A program made the position numbers and the translations under genes. A DNA stretch of 57,111 nt, counting the filler, from Sphacelaria rigidula (taxonomy: Eukaryota), in NCBI GenBank assembly GCA_964200075.2. It is 5 parts of 5 records of this genome, joined end to end, with 100 filler letters (N's around TTAATTAATTAA, not from the genome) between each part and the next. Parts side by side here need not be neighbours in the genome. Positions count along the whole stretch, not along the records: positions 1 to 11,344 come from CAXNAA020005040.1; 4 more parts are not named here. One strand, given 5' to 3'. The notes below the pieces were generated by a model. The model saw nothing but the letters and a program-made list of their open reading frames with translations, did no database searches and was not told the DNA's origin. Below are positions 1 to 11,444 of this stretch, in pieces; within the stretch, counting starts at the first letter, position 1; each line of letters starts with the position of its first letter.

Positions 1-53
1 TGGGTGCGTGCCTTTTCCGTCGGTAACAGTGCGAGCGCTGTCTCGTCTCTATA

Positions 54-175
54 GGGATGCGAGGTCAATGGTGTTATGACTATGGCATGCATGGTCATGA
101 GTACCCCCACACACACACACTCAATGGTCTGATGACTATGGCATGCATGATCATGAGTACACCCCACTCCTCCCC
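54..175 (+). mobile_element. LINE-like family B 3' terminus, end segment tandemly duplicated
   Basis: GGGATGCGAGGTCAATGG..ATGACTATGGCATGCATG.TCATGAGTAC plus a C-rich tail, present twice; same motif near 19037, 36901, 45222(-), 45640, 47319(-) and 48534(-). Confidence 0.7.
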
Positions 176-259
176 GACCCGATCCGACCCGACCCGAACT
201 GTGACGGCCATAGTGAATCAACCCTTGAGCAACCAATCCGCAGATAAACGTTTTTGAAA

Positions 260-3200
260 GCGGAATAGCAGTTCTTGAGTGTTGGCTATTTCATGAAGGC
301 CAAACCAGTTCCATGGGTGGCTAGCATGCTGACCAGGTTAATGTAGAACAAGCAAAAACAGGCGGAACTACAACGGAAAAATAAGCAAGGAAAAGAGTGC
401 CACCCAGATGATACAACGATACGCTGCCCGTACTCCACTGACGGTTAACCCCTCGGCCGCCTTAGGGGGTGTCCATCTGTCGAATTGGTGTGGTCTCCAC
501 TTCAAAGGTTACCATCAGACTCGGGTGTCCATGTGCGCTACGGGCGCCCAAAGGGTCAAACCTTCGACTCCAAAAGCTTGGAATGTTTAATACAGCAGTG
601 GCGATTCCCAGAGAAGTAAACTAAGTGCGCAAGGTGGTGCCTTCATATGGTTGGACTCAAATGGGCTACGTTATCGTCAATTGGTTCACTTTTCGACCGC
701 CCAGGGGTACGACTATCTGATGGATCGGCATGATGACCACTTGAAAAATGATAGCGTCTATCCTCGAAAACTCACATGGGTCGCTAGTCCAGCATGCTTC
801 AGGGGTGGTGAATAATATTTTGGTAAAGAAGAGCTCCGTCAAACACTGGTTGCCACTCCGATTATTCTCCGGGGGGAGCAGGCTATCATTAATCCGCACA
901 CAAGCACACTACACAGCAGAAAAAACACGTACACTGTCGAGGGAAAAGGGATATACAAGGAGGTGAGCAGGGACTGACACAGAAACGGCCTATTGATCTT
1001 GCACACCCCGTCTATCCCGACCTGCAGGCGGTGACAACTTACACAAGTTGCGACTTGACGACGATCTTTCGTAGCGGTTGTCAGTAGCTACTCAGCGCGC
1101 ACGAGATAACTTGTTTCCGCAGCTAGCCGTGCTATCGGCGCAGTATCGTTACTTCAACGGTGATCAAGTGGCAGAACGGTTCCTGGCATATCTGGCCACC
1201 GAAACCGGGCGTGCCTTGCCTGCACACCAAGGTCATCCCAGCATATATTTCAGCCAGCGGAGGGCAGCAGCGATAGACAACGTGGCCTCGACCAGGATGT
1301 TGCTGTGGAGTCAGTATCCCCCACACGGATCACCATCGCACTTGCATCACGACGAGAGCTACTATTGTTGCACTGTAGTACTTCCCTACCCTTGTAAAAT
1401 ACTCCACCGACAAATGCCGGCGCTGCATTACTGTGAAACTGCAGAGTTTTTTTTCCCAACACACTTTCAACAGCCTTCCTCCATCGGAACGAGTCCGCGG
1501 TTTCGAAGGATCAACCCATCTCTCCACCAAACGGTACAAACATTATGACCTACATATGTGTACGTGATGAATTTCACGCCGAGCATGCTGTTCCCTAGTG
1601 ATTTCCGTGACATCAACCAGTATCTGCTAGCGGCCACCATCGAACAGGCCTTTTGGTTGTAGGTAGCCCATGATTACTACAGGGCCGAATCTTTACTAGG
1701 GACCCTGGATCAATTGTTCCGAGGATCAGACACTTGGCGGAAGCCCCGAAAATTGAAGGACGGCGATAGTGTGGGCCTAGATGGTCATGTATAGGCCGAT
1801 TGGGCGCTCAATGGTATTTTTGGAGGTTTAGGTTCGGTTAGTGAATATCACAGCACCCTTGCTCTGTGATTGAGCGGTTGGGTTGGGGTTGTTGTTCCTG
1901 CCTTCTTGTTTCATGTATCAATATCAGCGGTGTGGGACGAAGGCGAGGCGTCAGCACGATGGCGACACTGTGCATACCACGCCCTACTGCGTACTGCACT
2001 GGTGGCGATTACCGCCCACGGTGTTCTCCAATCGTCAGCTATTCCGAACCCCCCAAACCTGGCGACCATCTGGCGACAAGGTGTCTAGAGGGTTTTGGGG
2101 GCCGTGACACGTGCTGTTGTACAGTATTGGACTAGATAGTACCAGAGTATAGTAGAGCAAATGACGACTTGCATTCGGAGTTGCGTCACGAAGTATTTGA
2201 TCTTTGACTACCAACATATACTCGATTCTAGAGTGGTGTCAGTAAGTGCTTGAATCCACTGCTGTGCCCAGGAATGCTACCAGTATATACCATGGGCATG
2301 AACTCGGTTGGGTACAACATGGGAGTTCATTATGCAAGACTACTTTATCCCTAGTGATGACTACATAACGCGGAGGCACGAGTGCCGTAGGCGACTATGC
2401 GTGTTCGTGGATATCCGCGAATGAATATCGTTTTCCCCAGGAGACGGGTACAGTGGCATTATCTGTTTCAATCAACAGGATGAGGACAGATCTATGGTAG
2501 ACTACTAGAAACAGCCCGGCTCCACATTCCACCTGCTGGTGAAAATGGAGATGATTGTGCAGAAGAGAAAAATCCTCATCTTATGCAAGGTGCAGGGTCT
2601 AAGGAAATCAGTTCTGATTCCGATATCGTTGGGTCGTAGCATAAATAATCCATAATTTGCAACTGCCATGCCCTTCAATACCGGCCAGTCGGTTTATGAG
2701 TAGGCATGAGGATCGAAGTACAGGGGTTTATGGTCACGCGTGAACAGTGACGGGGTGCTGAGGTGCTTTAACGCTAGATGGATAACCATTCATAATCCCG
2801 CGACCATTTGGTTTCAGCAATATGGATCGAGCACTGTAATCACCATCTAATGTTCGTCAGCACCAGTCAGCCAGTTCACGAGAAGGGATGAAGCTCGAAG
2901 CACAGGGGTTCATGCCCGGGTGTGAGCAACAAGTGGATGCCGTGCTACTTTGCATGCCAGATGCAGAGCCAGCACTGAGTCCGCGATCGCTTCATGTTCA
3001 TAGATCCAGAATTTGAATCGTCTTAAAATTTCCTTCAGTACCGGTCAGTCGGTGTGTGAGTAGGTATGAGGGTCGAAGTACCGTGGTTCATGGCCGGGTG
3101 TGAGCAGTGATGGGGTGCTGCAACGCTTTTGATATTATATGTACTTTCATTTATAATCTCGCGATCATTTAGTTTCAGCTGTATGGATCAAGCACTGCGA

Positions 3201-3600
3201 CCGTCTTCTAATGTCAGGCAGCACCCGTCAGCCACTTTGTGAGTAGGAATGAAGATCGAAGGACGGAGGTTTCTGGTTGGATTTGAGGAGGGAAGGGCTG
3301 TCGTGCTGCTTTACATGCCAGACAGGTACAGAATATGTAACGTGGGGTGAGTTTCTTCAAGAGAGATGATGGAGCGTCTAATTCGTTTGCCATTGGGCGA
3401 CAAACTCTTTTTCTCTCAACGATTTATCCTATAGTCGGCCCGCCAGCTGGGGTGGTGGACGCTGGGCGGTGGTGTTGGGTAAAGCGGGGGCTACGCGTTT
3501 AGGTTAGAGAAGTCTGAGGGGCGACGGCGTATCGTGAGAGATGGTGACTGTGTGTGATGCGTGTGGGTGTATTATAAGCTGTACAACTAATACCAATTGT
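260..3600 (-). mobile_element. Highly decayed putative LTR-retrotransposon (gypsy-like) relic
   Basis: Stop-riddled coding-like minus-strand sequence with no convincing splice pattern, an internal tandem repeat and loose resemblance in layout to the contig 3 element; no intact diagnostic motif seen. Confidence 0.3.
2671..3330. repeat. Degenerate tandem repeat, 4 x ~180 bp arranged as 2 x ~360 bp
   Basis: CCTTCAATACCGGCCAGTCGG (2672) matches CCTTCAGTACCGGTCAGTCGG (3032); CAGCACCAGTCAGCC (2858) matches CAGCACCCGTCAGCC (3219). Confidence 0.85.
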
Positions 3601-4063
3601 TGCTACGGTAGATGCACGTGAGTGCAGTCATCTTTGAGTTTGGTCGATAGTCATAAAGGGTCATTGGCAGCGACCACGATCCATTCGCGACACGATACAA
3701 CGAGTATGCATTGCAATCTCCCCCCTCAGATTACCGCACCTAAAGTGATCCCCGGGGAACCCGGCCATGGCCACAACACAGACCCACCCAAGCCAAAGAA
3801 AACGGAAACGCTCGCTAAAGAAAAATTGGTGGGGGGGGGGGGACGAAGACGGAGTGAACAGAAGAAAAAAAGCAATAACAAGACAAACACTAGGGGAAAG
3901 TGCTGTAGTAGGCTCAGTGCCATATTAAGCACACTTCGGAAAAAACGGTTACAAAATGACGCTTACTATATGGAACTTCTCTTTTTTTCGTTCGCGCCGG
4001 TGAGTCTACATCTCCAGGGTTCGTTTGCACTCTTCAGCGTGCCGATCGACCTCGTCACTCACG

Positions 4064-4133
4064 AGCTACGGCAGTCACAATCACTGGGTCTGGACGTGCA
4101 GGCTGATGTTGGTTTAGTGTCGATCGTGCTGCT
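4064..4133 (-). CDS. Candidate further exon (STIDTKPTSACTSRPSDCDCRSS)
   Basis: Pyrimidine tract plus TAG acceptor and a strong GTGAGT donor; phase does not join the previous candidate directly. Confidence 0.35.
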
Positions 4134-4720
4134 AAGGACGAAGTAAAAGGTGACACGACATGTAGACTTAAGCGTGGCCCAGGCGGCCCGAAGCACTGAC
4201 AGGAGCAAGCACATGACACCTACGGCGGCTGAGAAGGCTGTTTTAGCACTGTACAGCACTCGCCACCTGAAGAGCGGATGTGAAAAGGGTACAGCAGTCG
4301 GTTCTACAGCAGTTTTGACCCGACAAGAATTTTTTTTATTGCTTTTAAGGGTGGCGCGGGCGAAATCAGGAGCGTGTGCCCATGTTTGAACCCCCATAAA
4401 GTGAAAAATCTGGCACCAAAACCCATGACTGATTTTTTTTCGGGGGCCTTCACATGTCCACACAGCAGTCAATCAATGCATCAAACTGTTGATTTTGCGT
4501 CGCCTGCCGTGCACGGGGCACGCATGAAGTAAAAATACGCGAAAAATTGCCCCGAAATCGACGGTCCTGAACCCCGGGGATGTGTGTTTTTTGTCCCCGG
4601 ATATGGGCATCAGTGTGCTTTTTTTTCGGTAGTGACTTCAAGAACACACAATATTGTCGACTTACACCCAGCAGTGCACCCTTGTGTCGCAATCCTCAAG
4701 GCCTACCCCGGCACCCGTAC

Positions 4721-4744
4721 CTGCTGCGGTGAGAATGACAGCAG
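4721..4744 (-). CDS. Candidate 24-nt microexon (LLSFSPQQ) of the same gene
   Basis: CTGCAG acceptor, CAG|GTACGG donor, phase 0 to 0, no stop. Confidence 0.4.
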
Positions 4745-4880
4745 CTGCAGGTGGCGAGAGATCGGTTCACGTTGAAAGCTATCGATATTGATCTATTGGT
4801 TCACGATCATCACAAATACCGCGAAGGTGCGGCGTACTTCGCACGAGCTCTACCGCATATGTACAAGCCCATCACCTCAC

Positions 4881-5273
4881 CTGCTTCCACCATGGCACCG
4901 CATCCGAATGCGTGGCATACGCGAACACGTCCACTTCGCACCCTCCTTCGTTTTTTTCGAGTGCTTCAACAAGATTCGTTCGAATCGATCGATGAACCAC
5001 GGGGTACACGAAGGATCGGATATGCCCCGATATGCAGACGGCCACTCTACAAGTACGAGCGTCATCATGGTGATCACCACTGTGGACCTTGAGATCAGCG
5101 CCGTCGCTGAACCTAATACTGCCGTATCCTCGTTGGTTTGGATCTTCTCGATCAGCAGCTACCTCAGTAGTTGCACGACGAGAATAAACTACCTGGGGTT
5201 GATCAGCGGTGACACCAAAGGCGGCACTGCACAGCAAAGTTCTTATTGCGAGAGTGTATCGATGTCTTTTCAT
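4881..5273 (-). CDS. Exon 1 of a secreted/type II putative glycosyltransferase-like protein (RVAVCISGxxRSF motif)
   Basis: ATG at 5273 (alternative 5279); signal-like TLAIRTLLCSAAFGVTA; RVAVCISGHIRSF...HRSIRTNLVEAL...VDVFAY; ends at donor CAG|GTGAGG, phase 0. Confidence 0.75.
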
Positions 5274-5584
5274 GTTCATTGATTTGTAAACAACTCCCAC
5301 ACCGATGCATGGCGGAATGTTCTGGTGTTTGTGTTTCATGCCTCCGGCTGCTGCATTGGATCATGACTACTGACGTAGTATATAGCACCTCAAGCGCGGT
5401 GGAATGCAGTGGATCTTGAGGCAAAGGAGGCATTTACCCTACATTTGGGAACCGGGGGCAGATGGAGCACATGATGCATTCGAGGGGTTTAGCAGTGGAT
5501 CTCACCCTCAATTTCGTCGATCGCTCGTAGGGGTGTCGATCGACGGCTGAGAAGAGACTTGAGAACTAGCTCCACTGCTGGTCC

Positions 5585-6265
5585 ATGGCAGCTGCATGTA
5601 GAATGCTGCTTGCTGCTGTCGTTGTTGAGGCAATTCGAGAAGATTCGTCCGTCTCCGGCTTCCAGCAGGTCGCCGCAGGTCTGCCGAGGATTTACGACAC
5701 TGCCACCGTGAGCAATGGGAATGGGGTTAGCTCCAATCCTGATCCCCAGGCTGATCATGAAGACAACCCCCGCTGCATCAGCGAAGCCATCTACTCGTCG
5801 AGATATAGCGACATTTTGGTGACAAAGATAAAAACGGTAGCGCAAGTGGTCGCGGCCGTAGCGGCACCGGATATGAGTGAAGCTTTGCGAAAGGAATCAT
5901 TCCAAGATGCGGCTGTGGAAGAAGAGACACATTTGCGCAGTCATGATGCTGTCGGTCAAGAGGTGGACGGTACCAAAGTTGGGGAAGGTGATGGCGAGTC
6001 ATCAAACGGCGATAGTGATCGACGCAGCGACAATAGACAACAGGCAGCTGCTAAATCATGGGCCAGCCAATCCACCGTGGATGCTGATTCCGCTGAAGCC
6101 AACATTGTCTCCAACACCATCATCAGAAGTACTGATACTAGCCACCGCACTGACCCAACCACCAGCAGCAAAAATGAAACCACCTTCGCCGGAGAAAGCG
6201 AAGGCGCCATCCATGCAGCAATGCAATCGTCCTCAGATGAAGAGTTGTCCTGCCCAGCCCTTTTG
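5585..6265 (+). CDS. Exon 1 of an unknown multi-exon protein (low-complexity Ser/Asp/Ala-rich N-terminus)
   Basis: 227 open codons from ATG 5585 to donor TTG|GTGAGT, phase 0. Confidence 0.7.
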
Positions 6266-6679
6266 GTGAGTCCCTCGTGCGCTAGCTGGGGCGCACAGAA
6301 ATTACGCAGTCAAAAATAATACAAAGACACGGTGAGACATCACCATTCGTGTCGAACCACGAGACCTAGTAATCAACTGTGAGTAGCGATCAGGATCACC
6401 TGACTCCCCCGTAATCTATCCATGTGTGTATTGTCTGGGTTTTGTTGTCGCTACACGAGCCGGAGGGGGCGTGTGTCCCGTCCTACTCGTATTTAGTCTG
6501 GCCTCAGTTTGGCGAGTATACGGGGGGACGGTATGATGCCTAATCGCGAGATCGGCCCTCGTGACAGCAGCTCGTCTTCCACAAGCATATTCCACTTTCA
6601 CTGTACGCGAGTTTCAGGCGGTTATAGAGATACCTTTACCGCGTGTTTGGTGTGTTCCCGTCGCGATTCTCCTTTGGAG

Positions 6680-6767
6680 GTGCAATCGATGGAGGTGGTG
6701 CACCCCAACGAAGGAACGGTGTACTGGGAAGGGCCTGTGGAAGTTAAGCTGGTTGCGCATTTCTCTG
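6680..6767 (+). CDS. Exon 2 of the same gene (VQSMEVVHPNEGTVYWEGPVEVKLVAHFS)
   Basis: In phase with exon 1, donor G|GTGAGC; acceptor is a less common GAG. Confidence 0.6.
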
Positions 6768-7973
6768 GTGAGCGGAAGAACAAATTATGCCGAACTCGAA
6801 TACACAGCTTGAGTAAGGTTTGCAGTTGAGGGGACAACCTTTGCTCAATGCCATACCGTGTGTATTGAGGAGTTGCCAAGAAGATGGTACAGCATACCTT
6901 GTTGTTTTTGCCCACTGTGTGCAGGTGTAGTGCAGCGATGAGCGAGATGTTTTCGCGGCGCTGGAAACACGTAAAGTTGATCCAATTTTAGCCGTACAGC
7001 CGAAACTATGTTTTTTCGTTCTTCATCTATGTACCGCAAGAGCGACAGCAGAAAACAGTACAGCTACGAAGTTGCAAGGTAACCATTAGAGCTGTCCAGT
7101 GCCCCAAACTGCCCCAGAACGGCAAATGATATTTGTTCGTATATACTCTCCTCTGGTATCATCTTCTTGCGCTACATTCGGCCAATCCTGATCATTTTTG
7201 TACAATTTCCTGACCATTTGTACATGCTTCTGCAGACACTTGGAAAAGCTCGCTTGCTAACCACTGTACCCTGAAAAGGCCATGAAAGGCAAGGTGTACC
7301 TTTGTTGCACGGTGCCCCTGCGCCATCCTGCAAGCAAAAAGCTAAACGTTCTCGCGTGGCCGTAGGATCAATTGATCGTGGGAGAACGAGCTCATAGCAA
7401 CAATACTTCGTGGTATCTCCGGCGCGTGGTCATGGTGTACTAGCTAAGGCGGCGCCGAACTCACACACTCAGTAGTAGTATACAGCACGTCTTTCCGAGG
7501 ACGCTCTACCAATGGTCTACCAGCTAAACTAAGGCATGGAGAACATGACCAGATGCCCCCATGATATGACACTGGGTTAATTGACCAGGACCTGGCGTTG
7601 AGGGGCTGGACCTTCAAGACGTGCATGCCTGCGCCGAAACATTAGATTCGTGGCCAACGAAGGATTGGAGCCGCTCGTGCATGTCGCTCAAAGATATGGT
7701 GAGCTTTCCTCCAATGTACTTGACCTGTGCGCACCATAGTTTACGAAAGACGTTTCGCCGCTTGCTGTGAAGTATTCGAAATAAAATATCATCCAACTTC
7801 GAGGAGCCGCGGAAGCGCTTGGCTGTTGATGTCCACGGCACTGACCTCTGTATATTCTGGTGAGGATGCTGAGGGTCAACGCATGCCGTACCAGGAATAT
7901 TCGGCAACTGTGTCCGTGCAGGGCAATTGACGAGATGTCGACGAACTTCTTGTTTGGGTTCACTCATCTGCAG

Positions 7974-8261
7974 GCATCTCCAGATCACCCACCTCTCGTA
8001 TTCGGAACCGTCATCGGCGTGGTGACGGGTTCGGTCGCTTTGTGGGACGCAAGACTGGGGTGTGTTCCGCCTGGGTCGTCAGAAAAGAGGCGGATTCTGA
8101 CGATGGTTACAGACGTGAAAGAGGAAGGGGACGGCAGAGATTCGTCTTCTAGTTTGATAAACGGGCGTATTGAGGGTAGTGGTGGAGACACTTTTCCTGT
8201 CGGGATGATGGGTGCTGGGGATCAACGGGGGACGGCTACGAATACGGTGGCGTCAAGACAA
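7974..8261 (+). CDS. Internal exon (ASPDHPPLVFGTVIG...TVASRQ)
   Basis: CTGCAG acceptor, GTAAGG donor, 288 nt open, phase 0 to 0. Confidence 0.7.
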
Positions 8262-8547
8262 GTAAGGTTCAAGGTAGGGACTGGTGTTTAACGGGGGTTT
8301 ATCCTCTGTAAGACTGGCGTTTCCCTGTAGAACCGAGGACAGCTACAATGCAGCATAGTGCGTGCGCCCCTATTATGCATACTTGGGTCGAGATGTTCAT
8401 TCAGATATACTTTATTCCGGAAGGTCTCACCTGTAGCAAACGTTACGTTCCGGGTGACAACAACCCACCTCATGCATGCACATACGCATACTTTGGAATC
8501 TCAGTCCGTTAATTCGGTAACCGTGGCACGTTTTACCGTTCCCTCAG

Positions 8548-8675
8548 GTCATTCATCATCGAAGCTTTTTCGAGCGGCGTGGACGGCCGGTGGGTCCCAA
8601 ACCCCTGGGAAGAGGATCCTTAACCACGAAGGCGTTCATTGCGGAGTTGGAAAAAGAGGCAGCCGATGCCTCAAG
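8548..8675 (+). CDS. Internal exon (VIHHRSFFERRG...AELEKEAADAS)
   Basis: CCTCAG acceptor, AG|GTATAT donor, phase 0 to 2, consistent with neighbours. Confidence 0.75.
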
Positions 8676-9007
8676 GTATATACGCGGAAGCGAAAAATAC
8701 CTCATGATGGCATGTGAAGCGATACTGGTACACAGTTTTCTGACTGACCGAGAAAAACATCCCACGGTTTCAAAGATCCATAGATGACTCAGCCGTCGAC
8801 CAAGGAATATTGTCCACTCAAATTCCCCGAGTGTTTTCTTTCAGCCAATTGGAAACCTGCGTGCCACTTGACTTCTTCTCCGGTTGTGCTCTCTAAGTTC
8901 ACTGTAAACATCGAGTGTTGACTCGCACAATGATAGAGATCAGTTCACCAGGTTCGTCGTCTTCTTCGTGCGTTTTTCTCGACTCCACATTACTGTACCA
9001 TATCCAG

Positions 9008-9155
9008 CGCCGCTCTTGCAACCTTGCAAAATGTGGCAAACACCGGGGTTAACATCTACGTCGGCACCGACCGATGCATCTCCAACCTGGATATCGATGA
9101 CAGAGGCAATTCCTTGGTGTCCTCGGGCTTTCATCTACAGTTTATCGCAGAACAG
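9008..9155 (+). CDS. Internal exon (AALATLQNVANTGVNIYVG...GFHLQFIAEQ)
   Basis: TCCAG acceptor, CAG|GTATTT donor, phase 2 to 0; this frame is absent from the ORF track. Confidence 0.75.
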
Positions 9156-9689
9156 GTATTTACGGTACCGTGGTAGTTTGTAGTATTCCCTTTGCACTCG
9201 ATCTGATCTGACGTGATAGATGTCGAGAAATGGGACGGGAATGCGTGTTTGGGGGCCATGGTGCAATAAGTCGGAGCGTTAATACGATGCCGTGTGGTTC
9301 AGCAGTCTCGTCTCAGCGACATCGCTTAGTCTCTGCCGCGAGGAGTCGGGACGTGCTGCAAAGCCTGTTCCACAACTCCCTATGTACGAACTGTGCAACA
9401 CGCGGTAGCAGAAAGGCAAGGCATGAGTGTACAAAGTCTACGACCCGAAAATGCTTTGAAACCTTCATTTGAGCTCAACGTCATGTCAACCACTCGTGTT
9501 TAGTTTTCCCAACGAGGTTTTCATGGTATGCTGTGGATGCCAGTCCAAGCGCATATTCTTGGGTACCCCGACGGATCGTTCTCATTACCCCGGTACCTGT
9601 GAGGGGTGAGATCTTGGCCGACAAATGTATTTTCCGGAATGTTCGCTTCCAGAATACCAGCATGTGCCAAAACAGAATAGCTCCACTTC

Positions 9690-9960
9690 ATTCCCCTTCT
9701 CGGTGTTTGTGTTGTCGTCCCATCTATCCTGGACACCAGTCTACACCTTTCGGTATATATGAGGAGGGTATCGCTCGGGGTCACACTGGAGGAAGATCAG
9801 CACAGGAGTCTCAACTTTGATATTTGTTTTCAATACTTCACCTACCTTCTGCATTGCTTGCTTCGCCTCTTTAATCGCGAAGAGGGTTCGGTGATCCCTT
9901 ACCCTCGTCGACCGCGAAGTCGAACTTCGTGTACTCACCACATCCAGCGCTTGAACACGA
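9690..9960 (-). mobile_element. 5'-truncated copy of SINE family 1 body
   Basis: Aligns by eye, in reverse orientation, to 15430-15680 (e.g. CGTCCCATCTAT, TCTACACCTTTCGGTATAT, GGGGTCACAC.GGAGGAAG). Confidence 0.7.
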
Positions 9961-10108
9961 AATCCACGTGATGAAGCCGAAAAATTTGATACCAAATCAG
10001 GCCAAGCAGGACAGGGTAAACAGGAAAACAAAAGTAAAAGCGGGAGGAATATGACGTCTAATAACAATATGTCATTGACGATCCCTCCACTTTCGTGTTT
10101 GTGCACAG

Positions 10109-10177
10109 TTGGAGTGGATGTTGGCCAATGGGAAACTTGATCCGGAGATGACGGTCGCCGTGGATCGCGTCAGAGAA
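10109..10177 (+). CDS. Internal exon (LEWMLANGKLDPEMTVAVDRVRE); gene runs off the contig
   Basis: CACAG acceptor, GTGAGT donor, phase 0 to 0. Confidence 0.75.
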
Positions 10178-10574
10178 GTGAGTTCATTTTGGCGATGATT
10201 GATTACCCGTTCTACGACGAGAGAGGGGGAGAGCGAGAGACGTGGATTGAAGTAAAGTGTGGGCCTTGGATACTCGGAGATGCGAGTGGCTCGTGTCTGC
10301 AACAATCGTACTATTGTATCGACCGCCGTGCATCACGACAAGCTTCACACATTCCAGCAGCATATCCCAGATGACAGGATAAAAACGCACGCAAGCACGA
10401 TATGTGACACCTTTGACAAGGTCGATCAAAACAACATTGCGAAGTCGCATTACACTACTACGCGGGGCACGCTTCAAAAACCTTACCGTGTATTCTACCG
10501 CGCCCCGTTGGTTGAATTGATGCATCTCAAATTGGTTGGGACAAAGTAATGGGGCTTTATGCGGCTGTTTCCTC

Positions 10575-10780
10575 AGGAATACCTAGTTTTCATCGTTGGA
10601 AACATGAGGACGTGAGTGGCCAAGAAAATTAGACCCGAGTCGACGCGGTGCAGCGGTGTTGATCCTATCCGCGATACTAAAATATCGGGCAAATAGCGGA
10701 AGAGAGATGGGTTGGTCCTCTGAGACTACGGTCTCGTGCGAAAGAATGGAAGAGGTGGAAAGTGTGACGAAAAAAAAACT
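10575..10780 (+). mobile_element. SINE family 2 body fragment
   Basis: Shares GACGCGGTGC...TGAGAC.ACG...GAAAGTGTGACGAAAAAA with copies at 21960-22308, 34600-34931 and 35333-35450. Confidence 0.55.
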
Positions 10781-11344
10781 CTTGGTCTACTTCAACGGTA
10801 TCAGAGCATACTGGCGAGAGAGCAGGGGAGGCATCTCTTGCACATGAGATTAATGCGATAGTGCCGGGGATGGTGGTTGATGCCGCCAATTGAAAAGGCT
10901 CACGATGATGTCAGTCAAATCGATTATTTTCCGGACCTCACATCTATCACTCATACTGTCGGGCGCCTCGGAATACCCTCAGAGCGCTGCGGGGGGGGTT
11001 ACATTTATCGTGCGGAATAGCAATGCAGAACCAGTATGACGCACCTGGTTATGTTGCCTCGTAAAATGGTGGATTACATGGATTCTGGTTCGCTGGAGTA
11101 GCACGAGCGTCGTTGGGCGCATGTACACGCTACTCTCGTCCACCCCTTTCCCGGTGTTAACAAAATGTTCGTCCCCCGTACCCACCCCGCCCATCGTGTC
11201 CTCTTTTATAAGATATTGACTGGTCGACTAATCGGTCGCGACCTAGTGCTAGGAGTAGAGCTTCCCCCCCCCCACCCCCCCCACGCCACCCCCGCACGCC
11301 TCACAACCCCCGAGCACGCCAGACCCCCCGACGCGCTACAACAC

Positions 11345-11444
11345 NNNNNNNNNNNNNNNNNNNNNNNNNNNNNNNNNNNNNNNNNNNNTTAATTAATTAA
11401 NNNNNNNNNNNNNNNNNNNNNNNNNNNNNNNNNNNNNNNNNNNN
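11345..11444. other. Artificial contig linker N44-TTAATTAATTAA-N44
   Basis: Exactly 100 bp with stops in all six frames; four identical copies in the window. Confidence 0.98.

Noticed and set aside
2671..3330. EsV-1-7 cysteine-rich viral repeats or an endogenous phaeovirus
   Set aside because: No regular Cys/His pattern in the frames I read and no NCLDV core genes recognised in the window
3622..4146. 174-aa plus-strand ORF
   Set aside because: Low complexity, crosses homopolymer runs, no recognisable motif or splice support
11389..11400. TTAATTAATTAA as a biological motif or PacI-type site
   Set aside because: Always centred in identical N padding; an assembly linker
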